This document shows positions 39,394 to 50,003 of a stretch of DNA of 64,000 nucleotides, in pieces. The position numbers and the translations under genes were made by a program. The stretch is from the sequence record DRR723986_4205. One strand, 5' to 3'. A model generated the notes under the pieces. That model saw only the letters and a list, made by a program, of their open reading frames with translations. It did no database searches and was not told the DNA's origin. The first letter of the stretch is position 1. Every line of letters begins with the position of its first letter.

Positions 39394-39414
39394 GTCACTG
39401 CGATTACCAGTGAC
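39394..39414. promoter_or_regulatory. Perfect inverted repeat GTCACTG-N7-CAGTGAC in a divergent intergenic region (candidate operator)
   Basis: Read directly between the divergently transcribed TonB receptor and flavin oxidoreductase genes. Confidence 0.4.
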
Positions 39415-39546
39415 GCTTGATGTCTACAAAATCGAACCGTCACGTTCTTTTCCAGGACCCGGCGCTCCCCGATATTAGTCTCACCGGGATCTCCACGAAG
39501 GAGCGCCGGTTAGCCAACCGAATAACAACAGGCACGGGATAAGAAG

Positions 39547-41757
39547 ATGGCAGAGCGCTTCCCCTTACTCACCTCGTCGGCACAACTGGGATCACTCACC
39601 CTGCGCAATCGCATCGTGCTGGCGGCCATGGGCTCCAATTTTGCCGCGCCGGACGGTCACTGCACCGAGCGCCTGATTGCTTACTATGAGGCCCGAGCAC
39701 GCGGGGGCGCCGGCTTGCTGATCCTGGAAACGTCCGCTGCCTGTTGGCCAAACGGCGCTACCATGCCCAATACCCTCGGCTTCTCCAGCGACGACTTCCT
39801 CCCCGGACTGACGGAACTCACCCGCAGGGTCCACGCTCAGGGCGCGCGCATCGTGGCGCAGCTGAATCACGGCGGCAAGATGGCCCAGGAGGATACCGCG
39901 GCCGGCCGGCCGATACCCGTACCCTCCCCCGTCAAAAAATCCGGCAGCGACATGTTCAAGGTGCTGACCCGCCAGGAAATGGGCAACTTTATCAAAGCCG
40001 CGGGACCGGACGGCAAAGGCCCTGTTTACCAGGAGATGAGCGTTGCCGACATCGACCAGATCGTCGATGGCTTTGCAGCCGCGGCCCTGCGCGCGAAGAA
40101 TGCGGGTTTCGACGGGGTGGAAATCCACGCCGGACACGGCTACCTGCTGGCCAACTTCCTGTCACCGGCCACCAACACGCGCCAGGATGCCTACGGAGGT
40201 TCCCGTGAAAACCGGGCCCGCTTCCTGGTCCGGGTTATCCAGGCGATCCGCGCTGAAGCGGGAGAGGATTTCCCCGTACTGGTCAGGCTGGACGCACATG
40301 AATACCGCATCGAAGGCGGTATCGAGATCGATGATTGCGTGACAACCGCAGGCCTGTGCGAACGCGCCGGCGCTACCGCTCTCGACATCAGCGCCTATGG
40401 CAATACCGCCTCGGGCATCGCCTTCACCGAGGCGCCGCTGGTCCACGAGCCCGGAGGTTTCGTCGACTTCGCACGTGCGGTCAAGGCCGCGGTGAGCATT
40501 CCGGTGATTGCGGTGGGCCGGATCGAACCGGCGCAGGCCGAGCGCTCACTGGCCAGACAGGACTACGATTTCCTGGCAATGGGTCGCAAGCTGCTGGCGG
40601 ACCCGGAACTGCCGAACAAACTTACCAATGGACAGGCCGCCAGCATACGGCCCTGTATCTACTGCTACGTCTGCGTCAGCCAGATCTTCGTCAACCAGGC
40701 GATGTGCTGCGCAGTCAATACCACTACCGGGCGCGAATCCGAGGGCGACATCCTGGCTCGAGACAGCGAGCCGGAGAACATCCTGGTCATTGGCGGCGGG
40801 CCTGCCGGGATGGAGGCCGCACGCCTGCTCTCCCTGCGAGGACACCAGGTCAGTCTGTGGGAGAAAAGTCCGGACCTCGGGGGCACTGCACGGGTCGCGG
40901 CGCTCGCTTACGAACCCAACGAACGGCTGATTGACTATCTTGATGCACAAGTTCGCGCCCTGCCGATCGAACTTCGTCTCGGCACGTGCGCCGATCCACA
41001 GTCGATTATCGCGGGGAACTTTGACCGGGTTATCGTCGCTACCGGCGCCCGGCGGATGGCGCCACCGATTCCCGGCAAGGACCTGGACCATGTGTTCGAC
41101 GGGGACGAGCTGCGCGGACTGCTGTTTGGCGACAACCCTGCCGCCCTGAAGAAACTGCCGCGCTGGCAGCGCTATCTGCTTGGTCTCGGCCGGATCAGCC
41201 AATTGCTCAGGCACATCGGGCTTCTGCGTCTGATGAGTCGGGTCTGGATGCCACTAGCCGATGAGGTGGTGATCATCGGCGGCGGGCTGGTCGGACTGGA
41301 GCTGGCGGAATACCTGGCGGAACGCGGCAGGAAACTGACCGTGCTGGAACCAGGCCCCGTGTTCGGCAAGGAACTGGCCATTGTTCGTCGAGCGCGGGTC
41401 CTGCACCTGCTGCGTGAAGCGGGCGTAAACCTGGTGAAGGACGCTGAGGTTCACTCCATCGATCCCGGTGCGGTGACCTACCAGAGCCAGGGTGAGACTC
41501 ACCAGCTGCACACTCGCCAGGTTATCATCGCCCTCGGCGCGCAGCCTGACGACAGTCTGGAGTCAGACCTGGCTGCCAGCGCGGCGCAGGCCACACCGGT
41601 CCACCGCATCGGTGACTGCCTGGAGGTTGGTTATATCGAGGGCGCCATGCTCAGCGCCCGGGAATTGGTTGCCGGTCTTCGGGCAGAGCCCGCGGACATC
41701 GCCGTTGCTCAGCCTGAGCTTGCGGCGCCCGCCAGGGAAGCCATTTCATCCCGATAG
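39547..41757 (+). CDS. NADH:flavin oxidoreductase (OYE barrel + Fe-S + FAD domain; FadH/BaiCD-like)
   Basis: LRNRIVLAAM, EIHAGHGYLL, CIYCYVC..CAVN Fe-S motif, IGGGPAGMEAA, IGGGLVGLE. Confidence 0.9.
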   Translation: MAERFPLLTSSAQLGSLTLRNRIVLAAMGSNFAAPDGHCTERLIAYYEARARGGAGLLILETSAACWPNGATMPNTLGFSSDDFLPGLTELTRRVHAQGARIVAQLNHGGKMAQEDTAAGRPIPVPSPVKKSGSDMFKVLTRQEMGNFIKAAGPDGKGPVYQEMSVADIDQIVDGFAAAALRAKNAGFDGVEIHAGHGYLLANFLSPATNTRQDAYGGSRENRARFLVRVIQAIRAEAGEDFPVLVRLDAHEYRIEGGIEIDDCVTTAGLCERAGATALDISAYGNTASGIAFTEAPLVHEPGGFVDFARAVKAAVSIPVIAVGRIEPAQAERSLARQDYDFLAMGRKLLADPELPNKLTNGQAASIRPCIYCYVCVSQIFVNQAMCCAVNTTTGRESEGDILARDSEPENILVIGGGPAGMEAARLLSLRGHQVSLWEKSPDLGGTARVAALAYEPNERLIDYLDAQVRALPIELRLGTCADPQSIIAGNFDRVIVATGARRMAPPIPGKDLDHVFDGDELRGLLFGDNPAALKKLPRWQRYLLGLGRISQLLRHIGLLRLMSRVWMPLADEVVIIGGGLVGLELAEYLAERGRKLTVLEPGPVFGKELAIVRRARVLHLLREAGVNLVKDAEVHSIDPGAVTYQSQGETHQLHTRQVIIALGAQPDDSLESDLAASAAQATPVHRIGDCLEVGYIEGAMLSARELVAGLRAEPADIAVAQPELAAPAREAISSR

Positions 41758-42806
41758 GCGGTCGGGGTATGGCCTGTCCAGCTCTTGAAGGAACGTACAA
41801 AGGAGCTGGGTTCGGTAAAGCCAAGGTACGCGGCCAGATCGGCGATCTTCGCCTCTTCATAGAGCAGTTTGCTGATCGCCACTTCGCACCGCACCTCATC
41901 TTTCAGCGTCTGGTAGCTGGTATTCTCGCGCTGTAGTCGCCGGCGGAGACTGGACTCTGACATATGCAGAGTACGTGCGAGCTCGGCGAATGAGGGCATA
42001 GCCCCCGGCAACTCGATACTAACCAGTGACTTGATCGCAGAGCTGGTACTGGCGGGTTCCTGCTCCATCTCGATCAGCTGGTAGACGATGTTATCGAGAA
42101 ACTCATGCAGGGAATCCACGGTGTGAACCAGCCGCCGATCAAGGGCTGAACGATCAAAGCTGAAGGTATTTTCCTGCGCCTCAAAGTAGATCGGGCAACG
42201 GAATACCGCGGCCAGGCCTTCGTAGTACTCCTTGCTGATATACGGCGCAGCCACGTGCATCTCACGCGCCTCGATGGCCTGCCCGGTCAACCAACCGCAT
42301 AGCGCGTGCCACACCAACAGCCCCGATGCCCGGGAAACCGTCTCCCCGCTCTCAGAGCGATCCCAATGGGTAGGCAGCAGCGCGGAGCGCTCGAGGCTCT
42401 CGTCGATGCTGTAACTCAGCCTGACCAAGGGATCGCCGGCATCGGACTGCAGGCCAACCCGGTAGCCAACCAGGGGGTAGAGCAAGCTTTCAAAGCGCTG
42501 CGCCAGCTGCAGAGCTTCACCCAGGGTACGGGCACTGATCATGCAGTGGCACATCAGGTCAAACGCCTCGCTGCCCAGGCCAGCCGCCCAGGGAAGGCGA
42601 ATATCGAGGCGCTGCATGCCTGCGACCGATTCACGATAGAGCCGGGAATACTGACGTGCCGGGAGCGATTGTTCCGGATCGAGCTGCTGGAGCAGCCGGG
42701 GGGAGAGGTTAGCCCTGGAGGCGATCGCCTCAACATCCAGGCCAATCCGCTCGATATAATCGAGCAGACGCAGGAACTTTTTCGTCTTTACCGAGATTTC
42801 CCGCAT
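41709..42806 (-). CDS. AraC family transcriptional regulator
   Basis: C-terminal LHMSESSLRRRL and IADLAAYLGFTEPSSFVRSFKSWTGHTP, with an N-terminal ligand-binding domain. Confidence 0.9.
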   Translation of the reverse strand: MREISVKTKKFLRLLDYIERIGLDVEAIASRANLSPRLLQQLDPEQSLPARQYSRLYRESVAGMQRLDIRLPWAAGLGSEAFDLMCHCMISARTLGEALQLAQRFESLLYPLVGYRVGLQSDAGDPLVRLSYSIDESLERSALLPTHWDRSESGETVSRASGLLVWHALCGWLTGQAIEAREMHVAAPYISKEYYEGLAAVFRCPIYFEAQENTFSFDRSALDRRLVHTVDSLHEFLDNIVYQLIEMEQEPASTSSAIKSLVSIELPGAMPSFAELARTLHMSESSLRRRLQRENTSYQTLKDEVRCEVAISKLLYEEAKIADLAAYLGFTEPSSFVRSFKSWTGHTPTAYRDEMASLAGAASSG

Positions 42807-43092
42807 CGAATGACTACCACCTTGCCGGACTGGAACCGGTCGACTCCCCGTGCCTTGCAGAGGCAAGATTACCACAGTGAGCGCCGCGATGGGCCGAGTA
42901 ACAGGCCCGCGAGTTACGGGAGCTGGCGCCTGCCCAAGCCACTGAAACCCGTTTATGCCAAGTTTTTACGACCCGGTATAGCTATTTGCGCGAGTAACAG
43001 CCCGACAGGAAATTACAAGTCATTACATCTCCCTGGCCGATGCTCTACAGTCTCTCCTATCGATTGCACGCGCTTTAACTGGAGGCTTTTTG

Positions 43093-44094
43093 ATGTCCGC
43101 GAGAATCCCGATGCCCATGCCTTTCGGCTGGTTCCAGGTGGCTTATTCCCACGAACTGGCCAATGCAAGCTCAATGCCCTTGCGCTATTTCGATACCGAC
43201 CTGGTGCTGTTTCGCACCGAATCCGGTGAAGCGAAGGTGCTTGATGCCTACTGTCCGCATATGGGAGCCCATCTGGGTTACGGTATCCGCGGCCAGGCCG
43301 GTGGCGGTTCAGAAGTGAAGGGCGACTCCATCGTCTGCCCCTTCCACGGCTGGGCCTATAACGGTGACGGCCTGTGTACCGATGTCCCCTACGCCGGTAA
43401 CCTGCCGCCACGTATTGCCCGCCAGGAACAGGTCATCGGCAGCTGGCACGTACGCGAAATGAACCAGGTGATTTTTGTCTGGTACCACCCGGAAGGAATC
43501 GAACCGCAGTTCGAACCGGAAGAGATCCCCGAGGCGTCCGGTGACCACCCCGACTGGGGAACGCTCAAGATTTTCCACTGGGATATCGAAACCCATATGC
43601 AGGAGATCGGCGAAAATGCCGTTGACCCGGCCCACTTCCTGTACGTGCACGGCACCCAGAATATTCCAACACCGGAAGAGATGGCCTTTGATGGCGTGCA
43701 TCGCTGGGGCAAGCTGGTCAGCAAGATGGCCACACCCAGGGGTGAGATCGTCGGCGTGATCGCCAATCGCAATACCGGTCCCGGACAGGCGACCGTGCGT
43801 TTCAGCGGCATCTGCGACACGATTCTCATGGCCAACCTGACCCCTGTGACCGCAGAACTCAGCCGCGCTTCCTACGCCTTCATTCAGAAGAAAGTGAATG
43901 GTGAAGAGCCTGTGGGTGGCGTAGCTGACGCAATTGTCGCCGACATTCGCAAGCAGATGGATGAGGACCGCATCATCTGGGCTCACAAGAAGTACTTCGA
44001 AAAGCCGATGCTATGCGACAACGACGGACCGTTTGCCAAGTTCCGCAAGTGGTACGGGCAATTCTACGCCGAGGACTGGAAAGCCGCGTCCTGA
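43093..44094 (+). CDS. Rieske non-heme iron oxygenase (KshA/cholesterol-desaturase-like)
   Basis: CPHMGAHL...CPFHGW Rieske ligands, ENAVDPAHFLYVH iron-site motif, D..IWAHK and C.NDGP C-terminus. GGAGG SD. Confidence 0.88.
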   Translation: MSARIPMPMPFGWFQVAYSHELANASSMPLRYFDTDLVLFRTESGEAKVLDAYCPHMGAHLGYGIRGQAGGGSEVKGDSIVCPFHGWAYNGDGLCTDVPYAGNLPPRIARQEQVIGSWHVREMNQVIFVWYHPEGIEPQFEPEEIPEASGDHPDWGTLKIFHWDIETHMQEIGENAVDPAHFLYVHGTQNIPTPEEMAFDGVHRWGKLVSKMATPRGEIVGVIANRNTGPGQATVRFSGICDTILMANLTPVTAELSRASYAFIQKKVNGEEPVGGVADAIVADIRKQMDEDRIIWAHKKYFEKPMLCDNDGPFAKFRKWYGQFYAEDWKAAS

Positions 44095-44116
44095 GCGCGG
44101 CGTTCGCAGCCAGGTC

Positions 44117-45766
44117 CTAGCCGACCACCGGGTCGGCAGCGTCTCCCTGCGCGTCGACAGCCGGCAGATCCGTGTCACGGGATGCGCGCCGCGCGCGGAT
44201 TGCCAGGGCGGTAAAGTTAAGCAGCTTGTCGGTGAGTCGGCGCGAATAGGTGACGAAGTGGGATAATGCGCCTGCGTCCCGCCGATCGGGATGGGCAATC
44301 AGCACCAGCAGTTCCCGATTCGCGTTATCCAACACCCGATGCAGGTTCTTTGCCTCGGCGCTGATATCAAGCTCCTCGCCCTCCTCCAGCGCCCGGTTTA
44401 TTTCATCAAACAATACCAGGGTGTGGCTGGACAACTCCCGGACCAGCAGTAGCACATCGCTCTTCAGCTCGATGTAATGCTTGCTCATGATCCGGCGCGA
44501 TTTGAACAGGTCATCGATCGAGTCGTGAATCTGGAACAGGTAGTCGTACAGGGTAATCAACTCGAGCAATTCCCGGGACTCACTGTCATCGGTAACCTTC
44601 CCCACCGCCCTGGAAAAATAGGCCATATACTCCCGTTCCAGGAAATTCACGTACTCGATGCGCTTCTCCGAGGCTTCAAACACACTGCGGTAGTTTGACT
44701 CGATACTGAGGGTGACCTCGTTGTAGTTTTCCTGGAGGAAGACCAGCAGCGCGCGCAGATTACGCTGCAGCCGCTCCTTGACCAGATCGAAGGACTCGGT
44801 GTCGTCCAGGCGCGGGATATCCTGACGTTCGAAATCCATTTTGCCTTCGCCAAGGATGAGATCGATCGTACGCGTGAACGGTGTTAGCAGGGCGACGAAC
44901 ACCAGGCTGGTACTGACGTTGAACACCAGGTGCACATTAGCCAGCAGCAGCGCCGGATCCATAGCGACTTCCTGCAGGCGCTCGCCCCAGACCAGGTACA
45001 GCGGGAAAAACAGGATCACGCCTCCCAGGTTGAACAGCACATGACTGAGGGCGGTCTTCTTGGCGGCCGTATCCATGCCGAACATTGCGATCAGGGCGGT
45101 CACCGTCGTCCCCAGGTTGGCGCCGATGACGATGGGAATCGCGTTCTCCAGGCCCATGAGACCTTGTTGGGTAAAAATTATCGCAAGGCCGGTGGTTACT
45201 GAACTGGACTGCACCAGCGCGGTAAACAGGCAGCCTGCAGCCAGCGCGACGAAGGGGTTCTGCGGCTCGATGAGAAAAGCAATCAGCCCGGGTTCGCCCT
45301 GCAGCGGCGCCATGGCGCTGGAAATCAGGTTCAGGCTGAAGAATACAAAGCCGAAGTAAAAGATCGACTTGCCAAAGATCGCGATCCTGGACCGGAGCAG
45401 TGAGATGGCAAAGCCGAGGATTATCAGCAGCGGCGCAAACTCGGTCAGTTTGAACGCAACCAGTTGGGCGGTGACCGTGGTACCGATGTTGGACCCAAAA
45501 ATGATGCCAACGCTATTCTTGAACGACAGCACACCCGCGTTTACCAGGCCAATGGCAATGACCGAGGTGGCGGAACTGGATTGAATGACCGCGGTGACCA
45601 GAGCGCCAATCATTACGCCGAACAAAGGAATCCTGGTCGCCCTGGCCAGGGCCCTGCGAAACTGGTCCCCGGTTATCTGCTGAATCTCCGCAGAGAAATT
45701 CTGCAAACCGAAGATGAAAAGAATGACGGCCGTTACACCGGCCATTACGATGGCTAGTTGTTCCAA
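44117..45766 (-). CDS. Na+/Pi cotransporter family protein
   Basis: Two QSSS repeats, G(S/A)N(I/L)GTTVTA twice, PhoU-like helical C-terminus. Confidence 0.9.
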   Translation of the reverse strand: MEQLAIVMAGVTAVILFIFGLQNFSAEIQQITGDQFRRALARATRIPLFGVMIGALVTAVIQSSSATSVIAIGLVNAGVLSFKNSVGIIFGSNIGTTVTAQLVAFKLTEFAPLLIILGFAISLLRSRIAIFGKSIFYFGFVFFSLNLISSAMAPLQGEPGLIAFLIEPQNPFVALAAGCLFTALVQSSSVTTGLAIIFTQQGLMGLENAIPIVIGANLGTTVTALIAMFGMDTAAKKTALSHVLFNLGGVILFFPLYLVWGERLQEVAMDPALLLANVHLVFNVSTSLVFVALLTPFTRTIDLILGEGKMDFERQDIPRLDDTESFDLVKERLQRNLRALLVFLQENYNEVTLSIESNYRSVFEASEKRIEYVNFLEREYMAYFSRAVGKVTDDSESRELLELITLYDYLFQIHDSIDDLFKSRRIMSKHYIELKSDVLLLVRELSSHTLVLFDEINRALEEGEELDISAEAKNLHRVLDNANRELLVLIAHPDRRDAGALSHFVTYSRRLTDKLLNFTALAIRARRASRDTDLPAVDAQGDAADPVVG

Positions 45767-45846
45767 TGCCTCTCCAGGGCGGGGTACCCCCGTGCCACTA
45801 CCTTGTCAATACTAGCGCCGCCTGCGGCGCACCGGATTGACCTGGC

Positions 45847-47406
45847 TCAGTTAACCTGCCGGTCACGGCCTTCCCAGTAGGGTTTTCTCAGCTCCGTCTT
45901 CAAAACCTTACCTGCGCCCGATAACGGCAGCGGCTCATCGCGAAAGACAACGCTCTTGGGCAGCTTATACCCGGCAATGAGTTCCCTGCAGTGACCGATA
46001 ATCTCCGCTTCCGTTGCGGGCTGGCCCGGACGCAAAATGACGATGGCATGCACCGCCTCGCCCCATTCCTCGTGCGGGATGCCGATCACCGATACGTCCT
46101 GTACCGCCGGATGGCTGGCAATGGCATTCTCCACCTCGGTGGTAAACACGTTCTCACCGCCACTGACGACCATATCCTTTACCCGGTCGACGATGAACAG
46201 GTAACCAGCCTCGTCAAAGTAGCCGGCGTCACCGGTGTAGACCCAGCCGTCTCGTAATGCCGCTTCCGACTCCTCAGGCTTGTTCCAGTAACCCATCATC
46301 GTGTGAGGGCCGCGAACAACCACCTCTCCCGAAATACCCTGAGGGCAATCATTGCCGTCCTCGCCAACGATCCGGATCTCATTGATCGGGGTCGGACGAC
46401 CCGCGGACTTCAAGCGGGCTCCTCCTGCCAGGTGATCGTCAATCGACAGGGTGGTGGCGACCGGCGCCAGTTCGGTCTGGCCGTAAGCCTGCACCAGCCC
46501 TACCTCGGGCCACATCGCCATGCACTGCTTCAGCGTTGCCTCAGGCATCGGTGACGCACCGTAGATGATAACTTCCAGACTACTTACATCAGTGTCCGCA
46601 GCATCCGGGTGGTTAAGCACCATCTTCACCATGGAGGGCACCAACAACACGTGACTGATGGCCTCGTCAGCGATGGTCTGGAGAACCCGCTCCGGATCGA
46701 AAGCCGGCAGTACCACGCCGCAGGCACCCCGCAGGGTACGCCCCATAGTTGCAGCAAAATCCGCCATATGGAACATCGGCGCCACGTGCAGGTAGGTACT
46801 GTCCTGGATCATCTGGAAGTCCGGCATTGAGCCCATCGCGCTAGCCCAGATTGCCCGGTGAGACTGCATGACGCCCTTGGGAAAGCCCGTTGTGCCGCCG
46901 GTGTAGAAAATTCCGGCCATCTCATCCCCACCGCGCCGCGAAGCTGCGATCGGCTCGCTGGCGGCGATCAGTTCCTCGTAGGATTCAGCCCATTCCGGAC
47001 ATTCGTTATCCCCGAGGTAAATGGCGACGGCCAGGTCGTCGACCTCGAACAGCAGCTTGCCCGCCTGCTCCATGAAGGCATCGTCAAACAGCAGGACCCG
47101 TGCGCCTGAGTCAGTGAGGGCGTAGCTGTTCTCCGGGAGGGCCCAGCGGGTATTCAGTGGCACCATGCAGAAGCCGGCCCAGGGGATGGCAAAAACACTT
47201 TCGTAGTAGCGATCGCTGTTCAGCGACAAGATAGCGATACGGTCGCCTTTTTCCAGCTCAAAGCCGCGCAGCGCGCTCGCAACACTGGCTACCCGGTGGA
47301 CCACCTCGGCCCAACTGTGCTCCCGGCCCTGAAATCGGGTACAGGGCCAACTGGTATTGAGCCTCGCGGCGCGCTGTAACATACCCTGCAAGCTTATTGA
47401 CTGCAT
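45847..47406 (-). CDS. Acyl-CoA synthetase (long-chain fatty-acid--CoA ligase family)
   Basis: FYTGGTTGFPKG, AYGQTE, YTGD, VDRVKDMVVSGGENV, LSGAGKVLK. Confidence 0.9.
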   Translation of the reverse strand: MQSISLQGMLQRAARLNTSWPCTRFQGREHSWAEVVHRVASVASALRGFELEKGDRIAILSLNSDRYYESVFAIPWAGFCMVPLNTRWALPENSYALTDSGARVLLFDDAFMEQAGKLLFEVDDLAVAIYLGDNECPEWAESYEELIAASEPIAASRRGGDEMAGIFYTGGTTGFPKGVMQSHRAIWASAMGSMPDFQMIQDSTYLHVAPMFHMADFAATMGRTLRGACGVVLPAFDPERVLQTIADEAISHVLLVPSMVKMVLNHPDAADTDVSSLEVIIYGASPMPEATLKQCMAMWPEVGLVQAYGQTELAPVATTLSIDDHLAGGARLKSAGRPTPINEIRIVGEDGNDCPQGISGEVVVRGPHTMMGYWNKPEESEAALRDGWVYTGDAGYFDEAGYLFIVDRVKDMVVSGGENVFTTEVENAIASHPAVQDVSVIGIPHEEWGEAVHAIVILRPGQPATEAEIIGHCRELIAGYKLPKSVVFRDEPLPLSGAGKVLKTELRKPYWEGRDRQVN

Positions 47407-47486
47407 GCGTTTCTCCGATTATCTGCAGTTACTATAGACCAGGATGGCGGGCCAAGTCAGCCGAGTGCGTCGCCGGCAAACACCCG

Positions 47487-49217
47487 CTACAGGGCAAATG
47501 GGAAGACCAGCGGAACCAGTATGAGAACCACGGCGGAATACACCAGGGACAGGGGCAGCCCGGCGCGGAAGTAATCGCCGATGGAATAACTGCCGAGGTT
47601 CTGCACCATCAGGTTCGTAGTGTAGCCGTAGGGCGTCAGGAAGCTGGCGCTGGCGCCGTAGGCCACCGCCATCACGAAGGGCATCGGGTTGAGGCCGTAG
47701 CTCTGCGCCAGGCCATAAGCAATCGGGAAGGCCAGCGCCGCGGCCGCGTTGTTGGTCATGGTCTCAGTCAGCAGCAAAGTGCCGAAATAGACACCGGCGA
47801 GCGCCACCCAGGGTCCATAGGCGGCGAGATTGGCATGTAGTGAACCGGCCAACAGTTCGACCAGACCGGAGTTGTTAAGCGCCTGGGACAGAGTCAGCGC
47901 CGATGCAATGATCAGCCAAAGCTCGAAGGGAAAGCGCCGGCGCAGCTCCGAACCGCCAACCATACCCAGGGCAAGCATGCAGGCCAGCAGAAAAGCCAGC
48001 CCCTTGATCAAGGGCAGGATTTCCAGGGAAGCCAGGACCACAACCAGCACCAGCCCAAGGGTCGCAAAGTAGTTCTGGAACCGGGTGGCACGCCCGCCTT
48101 CGACGCCGTCATCGATCACCACGAAGTTCTTGTCGAGGTTTTTGCGGTTATTGAAATCGGGACCGACAGCGAGCATCAGGTTGTCACCGGCCTGCAGGGC
48201 GATGCTCCCCAACTTGCCCGAGAGGCGCTTACCGCCGCGGCGTATGCCAACCACCGCTGCATCAAACTGGGAACGGAAGGCGCTGTCCTTGATGCTCCGC
48301 CCCTCCACCGTCGCGTTGGGCATGACGATAACCTCGGTCATATTCTCCCGCAGCAAACCCTCATCAACAGCGAACAGCGTCAGGCCTTCCAGTTCATCGA
48401 GCACGCCAACTTGCTTGATGTCACCGGAAAAGATCAGTTTGTCGCCGGCCTGCAGGATTTCCTGCGGTGCCACCGGCGAGATCAGGCGATTGCCGCGCAC
48501 GATTTCCACCAGGAACAGATCGTCAAGGTCCCGTAAACGGTTGGCCATGATGCTCTTGCCAACCAGTGCCGAATCCCGGTCGACCTCGGCTTCGATCAGG
48601 TATTCGTTGACATCGATAGCTTCACCACCGTGATCCGGCAACAGGCGGGAAGTGAGCAGCAGGGTCGCAAGACCAAGTACCGTGGCGCAGCCGCCGACCA
48701 GCAGGAAGTCGAGGAAAGCGAGCCCCTGGCCTGTCGCATCCTCGAGGAAACTGCTGACGATCAGGTTGGTGGAGGTGCCGATCAGGGTCATGGTGCCACC
48801 GAGAATTGCCGCGTAAGACAGCGGTATCAACAAGCGCGATGCAGGATGATGGCGGTTACTGCGCACCGTATGAGCCAGGGTAGCGACCACTGCCGTGTTG
48901 TTGACGAACGCAGAGAAAAAGGCGGTAACCACGCCCAGACGCAACAGACTCACACCGTAGTTCGGGGTAATCAGCTTGCCTGAGAGGCGGGTGAGCCAGG
49001 ACAGTTTTTCCAGACCGATGGAGACCAGCAACAGGAGGATAAGCGTGATCAGGCCCGAGTTGGATGCCTTCTCCAATACCTCGGCGGTATCGACAAGACC
49101 AAGAAAGTAACTCGCCAGCATGGTGGTAACGAAAATCCACGCAGCGGGCCAGTCGGTGAAAATCAGGCTGCCCAGAAGCCACAGAAACAGCACTGAAATC
49201 AGCAGTTGGTCATACAT
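47487..49217 (-). CDS. SLC13 family permease with TrkA-C domains (sulfate/dicarboxylate type)
   Basis: SAFVNNTAVV, GGTMTLIGTSTNLIV, two internal TrkA-C-like domains, TNNAAAAL, ASASFLTPYGYTTNLMV. Confidence 0.9.
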   Translation of the reverse strand: MYDQLLISVLFLWLLGSLIFTDWPAAWIFVTTMLASYFLGLVDTAEVLEKASNSGLITLILLLLVSIGLEKLSWLTRLSGKLITPNYGVSLLRLGVVTAFFSAFVNNTAVVATLAHTVRSNRHHPASRLLIPLSYAAILGGTMTLIGTSTNLIVSSFLEDATGQGLAFLDFLLVGGCATVLGLATLLLTSRLLPDHGGEAIDVNEYLIEAEVDRDSALVGKSIMANRLRDLDDLFLVEIVRGNRLISPVAPQEILQAGDKLIFSGDIKQVGVLDELEGLTLFAVDEGLLRENMTEVIVMPNATVEGRSIKDSAFRSQFDAAVVGIRRGGKRLSGKLGSIALQAGDNLMLAVGPDFNNRKNLDKNFVVIDDGVEGGRATRFQNYFATLGLVLVVVLASLEILPLIKGLAFLLACMLALGMVGGSELRRRFPFELWLIIASALTLSQALNNSGLVELLAGSLHANLAAYGPWVALAGVYFGTLLLTETMTNNAAAALAFPIAYGLAQSYGLNPMPFVMAVAYGASASFLTPYGYTTNLMVQNLGSYSIGDYFRAGLPLSLVYSAVVLILVPLVFPFAL

Positions 49218-49345
49218 GGCAACAGGCGGGCCCGGGTCGGAAAACACAAGCATAAGCGCAACCGTATACAAGCCACAACCGCTCCACGGCATGCCCGCTT
49301 TCCGCTACACTGGCAGCAGCCACCTGCATCGGAGCACGCGACAGC

Positions 49346-49987
49346 ATGAAACGCATCATCATCTTCACGGCCTTCGCGCTGGCAACCGCAATCGTCCTGG
49401 CCTACCTGTTCCGCGCCCCGTTGAAGGAGGCCGCCTATGCACGAATTACCGAGGACATGTTCGTCGCGGCCGATACCGATAGCTTCGACCCTGGGCCCGC
49501 AGCGGGCTCCCGGTTTCCGGGATTGCGAGCGACTTACCAGGGCCGGGTGATCAACCTGATTAACGAGTTCGCCGGGAAGAACGGCACCGTGCTGATTGCC
49601 AGTCGCTCGCTGGACTGGTGTCCCTACTGCATGAAGCAGATGATCCAGTTGCAGGAAGCCAGCGCCGAATACAAGGCGGCGGGCATCGGCCTGGTCGCCA
49701 TCACGTACGACGACCCTGTCCTGCAACAGGCTTTTATCAGGCAACACGACATCACCATCCCCATCCTGTCCGATATCAACGCAATGTCCTTCAAGACTCT
49801 TGGCATTCTCAATGAGCAATACCAGCCGGGGGACATGCAGTACGGCATCCCGCATCCAGGCATGATCGTGATCGCGCCGGACGGCACCGTGGTCGGCAAG
49901 TTGTTTATCGAGGCCTACAGCTCAAGGGTCGATGCCACTGCCGCTCTGCAGTTCGCGCGGGAGGCCCTGGCCGGACATGCCGGCTGA
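49346..49987 (+). CDS. Thioredoxin-fold peroxiredoxin-like (AhpC/TSA) protein with N-terminal anchor
   Basis: RSLDWCPYC (CxxC), AITYD, ILSD, GIPHPG, and a hydrophobic N-terminus. Confidence 0.8.
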   Translation: MKRIIIFTAFALATAIVLAYLFRAPLKEAAYARITEDMFVAADTDSFDPGPAAGSRFPGLRATYQGRVINLINEFAGKNGTVLIASRSLDWCPYCMKQMIQLQEASAEYKAAGIGLVAITYDDPVLQQAFIRQHDITIPILSDINAMSFKTLGILNEQYQPGDMQYGIPHPGMIVIAPDGTVVGKLFIEAYSSRVDATAALQFAREALAGHAG

Positions 49988-50003
49988 GCCAGGCCCGGGC
50001 GAG

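Noticed and set aside
41709-41757. 49-nt convergent overlap between the flavoenzyme and AraC genes
   Set aside because: Both tails are low-complexity extensions. Short convergent overlaps recur in this window (13825-13833, 55053-55066) and need no special explanation.
49610-49632. Possible selenocysteine in the peroxiredoxin-like redox motif
   Set aside because: The codons are TGT and TGC (WCPYC), with no in-frame TGA.
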